DNA of 64,000 nt from a phage: the sequence record PZ583741.1. One strand, 5' to 3'. The translations under genes and the position numbers were made by a program. Positions 10,671-21,179 of this stretch are shown piece by piece. The stretch's first letter is position 1. Each line of letters begins with the position of its first letter. The notes below the pieces were generated by a model. The model searched no databases and was not told where the DNA came from. It saw only the letters and a program-made list of their open reading frames with translations.

Positions 10671-11068
10671 GTGAAGTTAAAACATACGCAGTGAATTGCA
10701 ATGACGCATGGCTAAACACCGAAGGTGATAACATCTCCGGGTCATACGTTAAGTACAAAGACCATCAGGAAGTGGTTGCCGCTATTGAGGCCAAGTGCGC
10801 GGCGCTAGCAGCGGAGAATGCGGCGCTTAAACAGTCGGAGAAGGAATTTAATAACTTCTGTCGTCAGGAGTACTACGGTTGGGAGGACAACTTCACGGAA
10901 ACCCCAGCCACCGATGATTTTCTGGTTGAAATTGAACGCAAAGCAATCCGCAAGTTCATTAACAGTATTGAACACATTCTTCGCGACAAGTTGTCACCGT
11001 ATGACACAGAAGAGATGCTTGAGGATATGCGTATTTTCCTGGAAGAGCAGAGTGGTGAGCAAAAATGA
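10667..11068 (+). CDS. hypothetical protein
   Basis: 133 aa ORF, start overlaps upstream stop (ATGA). Confidence 0.4.
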   Translation: MSEVKTYAVNCNDAWLNTEGDNISGSYVKYKDHQEVVAAIEAKCAALAAENAALKQSEKEFNNFCRQEYYGWEDNFTETPATDDFLVEIERKAIRKFINSIEHILRDKLSPYDTEEMLEDMRIFLEEQSGEQK

Positions 11069-11367
11069 CAATCACAAAACAACGTGTAGAAGAAATAATA
11101 TCGCGCATTGAAATGTATGGGCATGGTGCCGGGTATACCGCAGAAGAGGTTTATGACCTTGCTATACTGGCGCTGAATTTATCAAATATCGCAAACCTGA
11201 AGCGATACGAACTTGATATGGATGGTTGCGACTCGTGCGGTCAGGATTGTGGCGCTGACATGAGCGAAGACCCTGAAGGCGAATTTGTCATGTTCGACGA
11301 TGTTGTCAAGATGGTTCAGTTCGACACTACCAACCTGCAATTCGAAAGCCTGGCTAAAAGTGAATAG
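11065..11367 (+). CDS. hypothetical protein
   Basis: 100 aa ORF, overlapping start. Confidence 0.4.
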   Translation: MTITKQRVEEIISRIEMYGHGAGYTAEEVYDLAILALNLSNIANLKRYELDMDGCDSCGQDCGADMSEDPEGEFVMFDDVVKMVQFDTTNLQFESLAKSE

Positions 11368-11512
11368 CTACCCGTTCATATTAATTATCAGTGCGCTCTA
11401 TGTGTCGCACGCTTTAGTGGAGGCATACCAATGAACAACCACAAACGACGCCGATACACCACTGGCGCTAAAATCTTCCTTGCTGTTTATGTGCTGGCAC
11501 TTGTAGCAGCTG

Positions 11513-11710
11513 TTGCAGGAGTTGTGCATTATGTTTAACGATATCAGTGACGCAATGCAAAACATGTGGGAACGCTACTGGGACGGTATGATGACGTGTC
11601 ATTACATGATGGTGCAGCTCGGCAATCGCATTGAGGTTGTACCTGACAATGGTGTGCATGACATCAAGTACATGTGCTCTACGAGGGATTATGCTAATGC
11701 AAACAACTAA
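11513..11710 (+). CDS. hypothetical small protein
   Basis: 65 aa ORF. Confidence 0.3.
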   Translation: MQELCIMFNDISDAMQNMWERYWDGMMTCHYMMVQLGNRIEVVPDNGVHDIKYMCSTRDYANANN

Positions 11711-11870
11711 AGCCAAGGTTTGGCAACTCGCCAAGCAGCACGAATTGGACGATTTTATAGCGAAGGTTGCCAAAACATTCCCAGATGCGCTTGAAATCGT
11801 TCATGTGCAGACGCAAACAGAAAATGCATGGTGCTATGCTGGCAAGCGTGGTAATGATAGTGTACAATAA
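11691..11870 (+). CDS. hypothetical small protein
   Basis: ATG at 11691 preceded by gaggga; ORF-track start 11631 is probably too far upstream. Confidence 0.3.
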   Translation: MLMQTTKAKVWQLAKQHELDDFIAKVAKTFPDALEIVHVQTQTENAWCYAGKRGNDSVQ

Positions 11871-11914
11871 ACGCATAACCACCATTGCTTTCACTCATAT
11901 CATCACCCAACCTT

Positions 11915-11942
11915 TGACCCGCCTTGTGCGGGTTCTTTTTTG
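11915..11942 (+). terminator. rho-independent terminator (acccgcc-ttgt-gcgggt plus T-run)
   Basis: Read directly. Confidence 0.55.
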
Positions 11943-12018
11943 TCATTAACAGCATGGCGTAGAATCTGTTACAATATCGAATAACGGGAAAAAAGCGGAA
12001 TATTGATAGGGTTTATAT

Positions 12019-12435
12019 ATGGCTAAAAAGCTATTCAGTAAAGAAAATCAACCACAAAATAAACGTGGGAAAGACAAGCGTAAGTTGCTCGTTGAAGCTC
12101 TTGAGAGAAAGGGGTTTAGTGAGGAAAAGCTCTATGACGCCATCGTTGAGATGGCGATGATTGAGCGTGATACTGCAATGATGAAAGAGCTTATCGTTCG
12201 ATTCAGTCCGTTACCTAAGCCTGTCGCCCCTGTTTTTGAAGTTGATTTCCCTGATGACGGAACTCCGGTAGAGAAGATTGATGCTGTTATTCGTGGCATA
12301 GCTGCTGGTGTTATACCTGTGGACATTGGAAAGACATTTGCGGAGGTTATCAGGACTGGGCTTGATATTGCTGAAGTTACCGAACTCGCCGCGCGCCTTG
12401 AGCGACTGGAGAAATTACTGGCGCAGCAACAGTAA
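12019..12435 (+). CDS. putative terminase small subunit
   Basis: 138 aa, basic N-terminus, coiled-coil C-terminus, immediately upstream of large terminase; positional inference. Confidence 0.4.
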   Translation: MAKKLFSKENQPQNKRGKDKRKLLVEALERKGFSEEKLYDAIVEMAMIERDTAMMKELIVRFSPLPKPVAPVFEVDFPDDGTPVEKIDAVIRGIAAGVIPVDIGKTFAEVIRTGLDIAEVTELAARLERLEKLLAQQQ

Positions 12436-12534
12436 CTGATTTATAATAATTAATGCGGCTAGGGGGCACCCGAAAAGCGACTCATCACCGCCTGCCGCAT
12501 TCACTTCAATGATGCCCTGATGAGGAATCTATAT

Positions 12535-15054
12535 ATGGCACGCAAAAGACTGTCAGCACCAGCAATTGAAAAACTCGAAGAGATTATTGGCGATGGCGTG
12601 ATTGATACGCCTGAATCCGCGGTGTTCGGTGTTGTTAATACAGATAAGCAGATTGTTCGCAAACTAAAAATGACGCAAAGCGGAGTTGATGACGTTAGCG
12701 ACTCTGATATTAACGTTGATCACCTGATACCAGAAAAGCTGGAAAAGCTACTTTACCCCAAGCGAAATAAGATTGTGTTTGGCGGGCGCGGATGCTTAGC
12801 CATCGGCACAATGGTTAGGATGTTTGATGGTAGCCTAAAACGCGTAGAGGATATCGCTGTTGGCGATAAGGTTATGGGTCCAGACAGTAAACCACGAAAT
12901 GTTTTAAGCATCTGCCGTGGGTTTGATGACATGTATACGGTTCATCAAAAATATGCTGAGGACTACACTGTCAACTCAAGTCACATACTGTCATTACGAA
13001 AGATTCCATCTGCTATCAGTGACGAGACAAAAACACCGGATGGTAAAAGAATTTATCGTTATTACCCAAATGACCCTGAAATACTTAATATCGGTGTTTC
13101 AGAATATTTGTCGCGCGCAACTTCCACGAAGTTCCGTCATGTCTTTAAAGGGTGGCGAACAGGATGGGATTTTCAGGAACAAAGCGTTCCAATTGACCCG
13201 TACTTTCTTGGTTTATGGTTAGGTGATGGCTCATCTCGTAGTGTTGAAGTATGCACGCCTGATCCAGAGATAGTTGACTACCTTCACGGTGTGGCAAGCC
13301 AATATGGGATGCAGGTAAAGGTTCGCGACGATGATAGATGCCCTGTCTATGCGATAACTAATGGTCGAGCTGCTGGCATGGGGAAAAACACCAACCCTTT
13401 ACTAACTAAAATGCAGCAGCTTGGGGTGATTAATAATAAACACATACCTGACTGCTATATTAAAAACAGCAGACAGGTAAGACTTCAGATTCTGGCTGGG
13501 CTATTGGATACTGATTCGCATTACCACAAAGAAAAGAAAAGCTATTGTTTTACATCAATAAATAAAGATATAGCCTTCTCTTTGATGGATGTGGCAAGAT
13601 CACTTGGCTTCAAGTCAAGCATAATCAAAAAGACCGATGTCACCTTTGAGTATAAAGGTGAGAAAAGAATATACGAAAAGGATGTGTGGGAGGTGTTCGT
13701 TAGTGGTGAACTTCATACAATCCCATGCCGAGTAAAAAGGAAGATAGCAGAGAAAACCAAGTCAACCCGTGGAAAGATGACTGAGGTGTCATTGTCTTAT
13801 GCCGGGCATGGTGTATACGCTGGATTCACTCTTGATGGCGATCATCTTTTCTTGCTTGCTGATGGCACAGTTACACACAACAGCGGAAAAACAAGAACAG
13901 TAACTACAATACTTACGGAGCGTGCACGCTTTAAGCCTGACAGGATAGCTTGTTTCCGTGAGATTCAGCAGTCTATTGAGGATAGTTCGTATCAGGAACT
14001 GAAAGACGAGATTGACAGGAAGGGCGAGACAAAAGAGTTTCGCGTAATCAACAACGAAATAACACACAAGGTAACGAAAGCAAAGTTCCGCTTTAAAGGT
14101 CTGTATCGCAACCAGACGACCGTTAAAGGCTTTGCTGGCATTACAGTCGCTTGGGTTGAGGAGGCTGAAAACGTTAGCCAGACAAGCTGGGAAATCCTCA
14201 CTCCAACTGTTCGCGCTGATGGCTCTGAGATATGGGTGACATTCAACCCAAATAAGGAGCATGACCCCACATGGAAGACGTGGGTTGAGCCGTTTTATAG
14301 CAAACTGCGCTCAAGTGGCGGTATTTACGAAGACGAAGAAAACCTGATTATTGAATGTAACTATTCAGATAATCCGTGGTTTTGGGATACGCCACTACCC
14401 AGCCAAATGCAACGAATGAAAGAGACAGACTTCGACCGCTATCAATGGGTTTGGGGTGGTCGCTTTAACAAGAGGAATGACGAGCAGGTCTTTGGCGGCA
14501 AATGGCGCATTGATAACTTTGAGGTTAAACCTGAATGGCACGGCCCATACTTCGGGATGGACTTCGGGTTTTCCACTGATCCTACCGCAATGATTGAAGT
14601 TTACATCGAAGAACTACCAGGTGCACGGCGCAACATTTATATTAATCGCGAATATGGCAAGGTTGGCCTTGAGATTACCGATACACCAGCTGCGATGGAG
14701 CAATCATTCCCGATGGCTAAGCGCGCGCGATGGTATGCAGACTGCGCTCGACCGGAAACCATCAGCCACATCAAGCGTTCTGGCTTTGATATTCATCCAT
14801 GCACAAAATGGCCGGGAAGCGTTGAGGATGGCGTAACGTGGCTGCGCGGCTGCGACAGTATCATCATCCATGAGCGATGCAAGGAAATGCAGAATGAAGC
14901 GGCAATGTACAGCTATAAGGTTGATAAGCTGACCGGAAATGTACTCACGGATATTGTTGATGCATATAACCATTACTGGGATGCCGTTCGCTATGCGCTT
15001 AATGACCACATCGTCCAGCGCGGTAGCGGAATGCTAATCCGGCGCAGGAGATAA
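12535..15054 (+). CDS. terminase large subunit, intein-containing precursor
   Basis: Exteins give GGRG|SGKT Walker A, WVEEAE, VTFNPN, GMDFGF..DPTA, ADCARPE, NHYWDAVRYAL; ORF track starts at 12520, ATG at 12535 has a better RBS. Confidence 0.85.
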   Translation: MARKRLSAPAIEKLEEIIGDGVIDTPESAVFGVVNTDKQIVRKLKMTQSGVDDVSDSDINVDHLIPEKLEKLLYPKRNKIVFGGRGCLAIGTMVRMFDGSLKRVEDIAVGDKVMGPDSKPRNVLSICRGFDDMYTVHQKYAEDYTVNSSHILSLRKIPSAISDETKTPDGKRIYRYYPNDPEILNIGVSEYLSRATSTKFRHVFKGWRTGWDFQEQSVPIDPYFLGLWLGDGSSRSVEVCTPDPEIVDYLHGVASQYGMQVKVRDDDRCPVYAITNGRAAGMGKNTNPLLTKMQQLGVINNKHIPDCYIKNSRQVRLQILAGLLDTDSHYHKEKKSYCFTSINKDIAFSLMDVARSLGFKSSIIKKTDVTFEYKGEKRIYEKDVWEVFVSGELHTIPCRVKRKIAEKTKSTRGKMTEVSLSYAGHGVYAGFTLDGDHLFLLADGTVTHNSGKTRTVTTILTERARFKPDRIACFREIQQSIEDSSYQELKDEIDRKGETKEFRVINNEITHKVTKAKFRFKGLYRNQTTVKGFAGITVAWVEEAENVSQTSWEILTPTVRADGSEIWVTFNPNKEHDPTWKTWVEPFYSKLRSSGGIYEDEENLIIECNYSDNPWFWDTPLPSQMQRMKETDFDRYQWVWGGRFNKRNDEQVFGGKWRIDNFEVKPEWHGPYFGMDFGFSTDPTAMIEVYIEELPGARRNIYINREYGKVGLEITDTPAAMEQSFPMAKRARWYADCARPETISHIKRSGFDIHPCTKWPGSVEDGVTWLRGCDSIIIHERCKEMQNEAAMYSYKVDKLTGNVLTDIVDAYNHYWDAVRYALNDHIVQRGSGMLIRRRR
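12793..13881 (+). mobile_element. intein (363 aa) with LAGLIDADG homing endonuclease domain inserted in terminase Walker A
   Basis: Starts with Cys (tgc 12793), ends His-Asn (cac aac 13876-13881), +1 residue Ser; LGLWLGDGS and LAGLLDTDS motifs; flanks reconstitute GGRGSGKT. Confidence 0.8.
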
Positions 15055-15060
15055 AAATAA

Positions 15061-15088
15061 AGCCCTCATCTGAGGGCTACTTTCATTT
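15061..15088. terminator. hairpin agccctca-tc-tgagggct after terminase
   Basis: Read directly; weak U-run. Confidence 0.4.
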
Positions 15089-15235
15089 AATCAATGCTCG
15101 TCGACCAAGTTCAGCAATCCATTCCGCCGCATCCTCTATTTTGTTGAACTCATAAAGATGCTTGCCGTCTTCCATGACATAAAACAGAATGCGACCAAAT
15201 TTATTTTTCTTTGCGCTAAATTTAACATCTTTCAT
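15083..15235 (-). CDS. hypothetical small protein (50 aa)
   Basis: Short minus-strand ORF between terminators; not in ORF track. Confidence 0.2.
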   Translation of the reverse strand: MKDVKFSAKKNKFGRILFYVMEDGKHLYEFNKIEDAAEWIAELGRRALIK

Positions 15236-15387
15236 ATTTTCACTCCTTCCGTTTCATGAGTTCAATCTACATCACAAGCATATCCACGTCAACATTTATT
15301 GTTGTTGATAAATCTGCATCACCACACTTGACCAATCTACACCGAGCGCATAGTATAATCTACATCAGGCTTACCGGAGATATCACT

Positions 15388-15594
15388 ATGCGCAGCTATG
15401 CAGGATTTACACAGGAGGAAAAAGAACAGGTTTATTCACTGGCGCGGGCTGGCGTGCCTGATGAGGTGATTTGCTGTCGGTATGATATCGACGAGGACTT
15501 CCTGCTGCGTGTTATTGATGACGTTTTCGTTAACCTGCAAGAGAAGCGAGGATATAAGGGTATCTGCTGCAAGAATGATTTTTTGAGAGGGTGA
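15388..15594 (+). CDS. hypothetical small protein
   Basis: ATG at 15388 after ggaga; track ORF 15256 trimmed. Confidence 0.35.
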   Translation: MRSYAGFTQEEKEQVYSLARAGVPDEVICCRYDIDEDFLLRVIDDVFVNLQEKRGYKGICCKNDFLRG

Positions 15595-15756
15595 TGTGGT
15601 GATTATTGAAAAAACAAATGAATGCCACAGTCTGTATATAAATACAGAACTAGTCATCAATTTAAGGCAATGTGACGACTGGGTTCAGCTTGACAAACAC
15701 CAAGCCGCGCAACTAATCGAAGTCCTGCAACGCTGGGTTAATGGTGAGGAGATTGA

Positions 15757-15966
15757 ATGATGAGCGTTTATTTTTATTGCGGTCACATTGAGCGACAAGG
15801 AAGCGTAGCGAGCGTTGGTAGTTTCTGCGGATTATCAATTGGACCTGATGCTGTTAGCGCATATGAAGATGTCATGAGAGCGCAGGTGAAGGAAATCCAG
15901 TCAATCACTGAGAGCGGCGCTTTTAATCTTTCTGTTATTTTTGATAAATTCGAAAAGGTGGAGTGA
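15757..15966 (+). CDS. hypothetical small protein
   Basis: 69 aa ORF overlapping next start. Confidence 0.35.
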   Translation: MMSVYFYCGHIERQGSVASVGSFCGLSIGPDAVSAYEDVMRAQVKEIQSITESGAFNLSVIFDKFEKVE

Positions 15967-16442
15967 TGATTGATTGGGTATCTTTATTTGATTATGATGG
16001 AGCGTCTTTGGTGTGGAAGCATGGAAGGGGAGGTGTTTCCGTTGGCAGCATTGCGGGAACGGTTAATGCTGGCGGGTACATTCAGCTCAAAGTTAACGGA
16101 AGATTTTATTATGCCCACAGAATTATATGGGAAATGCATAACGGTCCTATACCGGAAGGTATGGAGATTGACCACATAAATCATAACAAGGCGGACAACA
16201 GGATTGAGAATTTGCGTCTTGTTCGACACAAAACTAACACTAAAAACGCGCCTAAATACAAAAATAACACCAGCGGCGTTACTGGTGTGAGTTGGTATAA
16301 GAGAGATAAAAAATGGCTAGCACAAATAATGGTTGATGGCAATTACATACGTCTTGGTCTTTTTGATAATTTCGAAGCAGCAGTCGACGTGAGAAAGGAA
16401 GCAGAACTAAGGTATGGATTTCACAAGAACCACGGCGCTTGA
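15963..16442 (+). CDS. HNH homing endonuclease with AP2-like domain
   Basis: 159 aa; HRIIWEMHNGPIPEGMEIDHINHNKADNRIENLRLV, near-identical block in B ORF 22049..22561. Confidence 0.75.
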   Translation: MMIDWVSLFDYDGASLVWKHGRGGVSVGSIAGTVNAGGYIQLKVNGRFYYAHRIIWEMHNGPIPEGMEIDHINHNKADNRIENLRLVRHKTNTKNAPKYKNNTSGVTGVSWYKRDKKWLAQIMVDGNYIRLGLFDNFEAAVDVRKEAELRYGFHKNHGA

Positions 16443-16470
16443 TGATATAATGACCCTTGCAGAAATGTGA

Positions 16471-17764
<1,294 letters not shown>

Positions 17765-17778
<14 letters not shown>

Positions 17779-17950
17779 GATTCACAAGTCAGAAGTAAAA
17801 ATTGGCGACACGGTAATTCACTGCGGTGAGATGAAGACGGTTGGCATGGAAACATTTGGCAAGGATGAGTTTATGGGACTCCTACTGTGGGGTGATAGCT
17901 ATCGCTGCGGCTACAAGATGGTTGAGGTTGTAACTGAGGTTAAGTTTTGA
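17765..17950 (+). CDS. hypothetical small protein
   Basis: 61 aa ORF; followed directly by cassette motif. Confidence 0.4.
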
Positions 17951-17968
17951 ATAGCACGAATTGCTAAA
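17951..17968 (+). promoter_or_regulatory. B cassette motif ATAGCACGAATTGCTAAA
   Basis: Overlaps upstream stop; TATAGT-like box about 22 nt downstream. Confidence 0.55.
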
Positions 17969-18214
17969 CCTTCCGCAAGGCCGTTTGATATAGTGGTCTT
18001 GTTGAAGCAAAACAATCAATCATGGGGTTACACAAATGCAAGTTTATAAATCACCTGGCGGCGCTCGTTACGTTGTTGTTGATGGCATGGTGTACTGCAA
18101 GCCGCTAACCGGATTCACATTTCGCTCGTCAATGACGGTGGATCGATACCTTTAGTTGATAGGTTGGGGATTTCTTAGGTTTGAAAAGGTAATCAAGCCT
18201 ATAATGACCGTCAA

Positions 18215-18232
18215 ATAGCACGAATTGTTAAA
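18215..18232 (+). promoter_or_regulatory. B cassette motif, variant (atagcacgaattgttaaa)
   Basis: Read directly. Confidence 0.4.
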
Positions 18233-18410
18233 ATGGGATTCATCCTGAATGGTATGATCCACACATCAACCACAAGAATGGAAGTTAAGTGACGATATAC
18301 GAACATAAATTCAGCAGTATGGGTATTGATATGCTCCTGCACTATGTAGACGAAAAATACGCAAATCTCATGCTTAATACGCATGGCGGCACAATAACGA
18401 GGATTGAGAT

Positions 18411-18674
18411 ATGAGTAAGTACAACCGTGAGATTATCGGCCTGGATGGGGAAGTAACCACAGTGGATGTATATCGAGTCCTGGATGCATTCCAGGTAACA
18501 GACCAAGCTATACAGCACGCAATCAAGAAGATGCTGTGCACTGGACTTAGAGGGCATAAGGACTATCTTACTGACATTGAAGACTCCATTGAATCACTGC
18601 AAAAAGCCAAGGAACTTTACGATCAGCGCAAGAGTTACGAGCGGCGATACAATTTATCTTTTACAGATAAATAG
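18411..18674 (+). CDS. hypothetical small protein
   Basis: 87 aa ORF. Confidence 0.4.
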   Translation: MSKYNREIIGLDGEVTTVDVYRVLDAFQVTDQAIQHAIKKMLCTGLRGHKDYLTDIEDSIESLQKAKELYDQRKSYERRYNLSFTDK

Positions 18675-18688
18675 CACGAATTGCTAAA
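18671..18688 (+). promoter_or_regulatory. B cassette motif ATAGCACGAATTGCTAAA
   Basis: Followed by gttatagtta and leader cacaccaaacgagagg. Confidence 0.55.
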
Positions 18689-18743
18689 CCCGCTCAGAAG
18701 GGTTTTGTTATAGTTAGTTCACACCAAACGAGAGGAAATAAAG

Positions 18744-18962
18744 ATGATTACTATTAACCTGTCAGATAAACAAGCAGCAGAACTCAAGTCCATGCTTTCA
18801 ATCTTTGAGAAGCCAAATGACCAGGTAATTGCCAAAGAGGTAGTGGCTCAGATTAACAACCAGCAATTCGACGTAAGTGACTTCGAGTCATCGCGCCAGT
18901 ACGAGGCAATGAGTGTTAATGCTGCATACCTGACTAACTGGGATAATGCGACTAAGAAATGA
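18744..18962 (+). CDS. hypothetical small acidic protein
   Basis: 72 aa ORF. Confidence 0.4.
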   Translation: MITINLSDKQAAELKSMLSIFEKPNDQVIAKEVVAQINNQQFDVSDFESSRQYEAMSVNAAYLTNWDNATKK

Positions 18963-19108
18963 TTTTATACATACATGAGTACTGGACGGGGAAGTTTAAC
19001 ACAGTTCGACATGTCCGTGTTTACGAAGATTATGTAAATGCATTCAATCAGCAGAAGGTTCTTGGTGGCACCATCAAGGTTTGCGATGTTGTGGATGAGA
19101 TTTACTAA

Positions 19109-19126
19109 ATAGCACGAATTGCTAAA
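19109..19126 (+). promoter_or_regulatory. B cassette motif ATAGCACGAATTGCTAAA
   Basis: Followed by gttatagttacc and catcaaaactaacgagg. Confidence 0.55.
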
Positions 19127-19182
19127 GCAGTCTTGGGGTAATTTGTTATAGTTACCACATCAAAACTAACGAGGTTATAAGA

Positions 19183-19287
19183 ATGAGTGAATTAATTAAA
19201 ACTATCGCGGACTATCCATTTGCTTCGCTTTTTCTTGCTATTGCAATATATGAAATTGTAAAGATTATTGTCAAATGTATTAAATAG
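19183..19287 (+). CDS. hypothetical small hydrophobic peptide (34 aa)
   Basis: MSELIKTIADYPFASLFLAIAIYEIVKIIVKCIK; cassette upstream. Confidence 0.3.
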   Translation: MSELIKTIADYPFASLFLAIAIYEIVKIIVKCIK

Positions 19288-19301
19288 CACGAATTTCTAA
19301 A
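19284..19301 (+). promoter_or_regulatory. B cassette motif, variant (atagcacgaatttctaaa)
   Basis: Followed by ctatagttacccc and catcaaaacgaaac. Confidence 0.5.
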
Positions 19302-19357
19302 ACATTATCGGGGTATCTTACTATAGTTACCCCATCAAAACGAAACAGGAAGCAGAA

Positions 19358-19537
19358 ATGAAATTTCAACAAGGCGAGCCAAAGCTACAAGTCAACCACT
19401 TCGATGGTTACGCAACATTCATCATAGCCCAGGCTTGCGGGATGCGAGATGAACCTCACGTTCACACCATTCACTTAACAGAAGAACAGGCACGAGAACT
19501 GGCTTACGAAATTCTTGAGCAATTGAACCGAATTTAA
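19358..19537 (+). CDS. hypothetical small protein
   Basis: 59 aa ORF after cassette. Confidence 0.35.
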   Translation: MKFQQGEPKLQVNHFDGYATFIIAQACGMRDEPHVHTIHLTEEQARELAYEILEQLNRI

Positions 19538-19586
19538 CGCGCATAAAACGCATTCTAACGAACGATAATTTAAGTAAGGCGATTCT

Positions 19587-19745
19587 ATGATTAAGGTTGT
19601 TTTTATTGCTGATGATGGTGTTTATCCATTATTATCTAATGGTGATGTTATTTACGTGCAAGACATGGGTTGCGCATATATCTATACAGATGAGTTTGGT
19701 GACTCTTATTATATTGAGAAATGGGAAGTTGAGGAGATTGCATGA
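19587..19745 (+). CDS. hypothetical small protein (tandem paralog 1)
   Basis: 52 aa, MIKVVFIADDG...; paralog of the next gene. Confidence 0.35.
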   Translation: MIKVVFIADDGVYPLLSNGDVIYVQDMGCAYIYTDEFGDSYYIEKWEVEEIA

Positions 19746-19903
19746 TTAAGCTTGTTTATGTGGGTGAGAGTGATTATGTGGCGCTCATTCAGAGTGGTGA
19801 TGTGTTCTTCGCAGAGATGAGTGATGATGGTAGTTTCTACATCGTAAAGAACAAGAATGGCGAAGATATCTACCTTTCAAAAGATGAGGTCATCATTTAC
19901 TAA
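19742..19903 (+). CDS. hypothetical small protein (tandem paralog 2)
   Basis: 53 aa, MIKLVYVGESD...; ATGA overlap with previous gene. Confidence 0.35.
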   Translation: MIKLVYVGESDYVALIQSGDVFFAEMSDDGSFYIVKNKNGEDIYLSKDEVIIY

Positions 19904-20028
19904 TGGATAACTACGAATCACCAGTAGAGTGGTGTAAGCGAATGCAGGACGAAGCTAAAACTGGTGAAGAGGCGATGGCTTACTACGAACTGGCGCAAAT
20001 TTGGATGGAACGTGAGAAGAAAGAATGA
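19903..20028 (+). CDS. hypothetical small protein (41 aa)
   Basis: TAATG overlap; short. Confidence 0.25.
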   Translation: MDNYESPVEWCKRMQDEAKTGEEAMAYYELAQIWMEREKKE

Positions 20029-20168
20029 GCTTCACTGAATACGTTATCGCATGCGAGAGACTGGTCTTTGACATGAAGACTTTTCACTGGTTCATCATCA
20101 AGGATTTAATTAAGCCTTACAAGCAAGGCGTTACGCCAGAGGCTTTTGTTAAGTCATTCTACAAATAG
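20025..20168 (+). CDS. hypothetical small protein (47 aa)
   Basis: ATGA overlap; ends in cassette motif. Confidence 0.25.
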   Translation: MSFTEYVIACERLVFDMKTFHWFIIKDLIKPYKQGVTPEAFVKSFYK

Positions 20169-20182
20169 CACGAATTGCTAAA
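20165..20182 (+). promoter_or_regulatory. B cassette motif ATAGCACGAATTGCTAAA
   Basis: 22 nt then TATAAT, then catcaacacaacgaag. Confidence 0.55.
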
Positions 20183-20241
20183 CGCAGTCGCCATGGATGG
20201 CATATAATTACCACATCAACACAACGAAGAGAGATATAATA

Positions 20242-20388
20242 ATGAAAAATGTATTTGGCATCAGCTATGAAGAAGAGTTTGTTGATTGCCTTATTTACCT
20301 GAATGAGATCTACGGAGATGAGTTTGAATGTGATGGTGATTCACTTCATGCAAAAATAGAACTTGAAACATTTGGGGAGGTTGTCTAA
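20242..20388 (+). CDS. hypothetical small protein
   Basis: ATG at 20242 after agagatataata; track start 20197 trimmed. Confidence 0.35.
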   Translation: MKNVFGISYEEEFVDCLIYLNEIYGDEFECDGDSLHAKIELETFGEVV

Positions 20389-20630
20389 TGATGTTTGGAT
20401 TATCAGAAGCACACTTCAACGCAGTTAAACGCCAGGCAGCAAAGTTGAACGAAGAGTACAGCAAGTTATCGCCAAAACAGCGCAAGGACGATAAGCAGGT
20501 TGCGGCATTGATTTCAAAGATGTGGGAGCCAGTTTTCACAATCATTAGTCGAGACCGCTTTGTTTGGACCAGTGGGTATCTTAAGGGTAGAGTAGGTCAC
20601 GACGAGAATGGGAATAGTCTTTATGAGTAA
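20388..20630 (+). CDS. hypothetical small protein
   Basis: 80 aa ORF. Confidence 0.35.
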   Translation: MMFGLSEAHFNAVKRQAAKLNEEYSKLSPKQRKDDKQVAALISKMWEPVFTIISRDRFVWTSGYLKGRVGHDENGNSLYE

Positions 20631-20805
20631 TTGCAATAAGCATAGGTATAAGTACGCTTTCAGTTCAAAACTTACAGCCCACGACATAAAACTACTTAAT
20701 CTAGGTTACTTCAAATCCAGCAAAAATGAAAATCATGTCGGGGATTATAGATCATTTTATGAGTGCGTTAATTGCGGCGAGATGATTGCGATGGGGGTAT
20801 TATGA
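20608..20805 (+). CDS. hypothetical small Cys-containing protein
   Basis: 65 aa; CNKH...CVNCGEM could be a zinc ribbon. Confidence 0.3.
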   Translation: MGIVFMSNCNKHRYKYAFSSKLTAHDIKLLNLGYFKSSKNENHVGDYRSFYECVNCGEMIAMGVL

Positions 20806-21086
20806 GTGAGTTAACAATCTGGTTTATCGCAGGTCTGATTACTTGGGCTTACTTTTTAATCGTTTAGATTGAGCTTGTTAAAAAGAGCTTGCATCACTGA
20901 CAGGAATTATCTAATATTAACCACGTAGACAAACGAGGCCACCAGGTGGCAACGGCGCACGGAGCGCACTACACGGCAAGTCCGTAGCTCATTAAGTAGC
21001 GTATGCGGCATTAAGACCTAGCGCAAATAGGCAGATTAATCGGCTGTATCAGGCAGCCCCGGAGCCGTAACCGGGACTCATTCAAA

Positions 21087-21164
21087 GCTCTGCTAGCTCA
21101 ATTGGACAGAAGCAACGACCTTCTAAGTCGCAGGTTACTGGTTCGAATCCAGTGCGGAGCGCCA
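21087..21164 (+). tRNA. tRNA-Arg (anticodon UCU)
   Basis: Hand-folded cloverleaf: acceptor GCTCTGC/GCGGAGC, T-arm ACTGG-TTCGAAT-CCAGT, anticodon loop CTTCTAA, 3' GCCA. Confidence 0.7.
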
Positions 21165-21179
21165 ATAAAGGAGTTCATT

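Noticed and set aside
20880-21086. Additional tRNA genes upstream of tRNA-Arg
   Set aside because: No T-loop (GTTCRANYC) or acceptor-stem pairing could be found by eye; retained only as a structured non-coding region.
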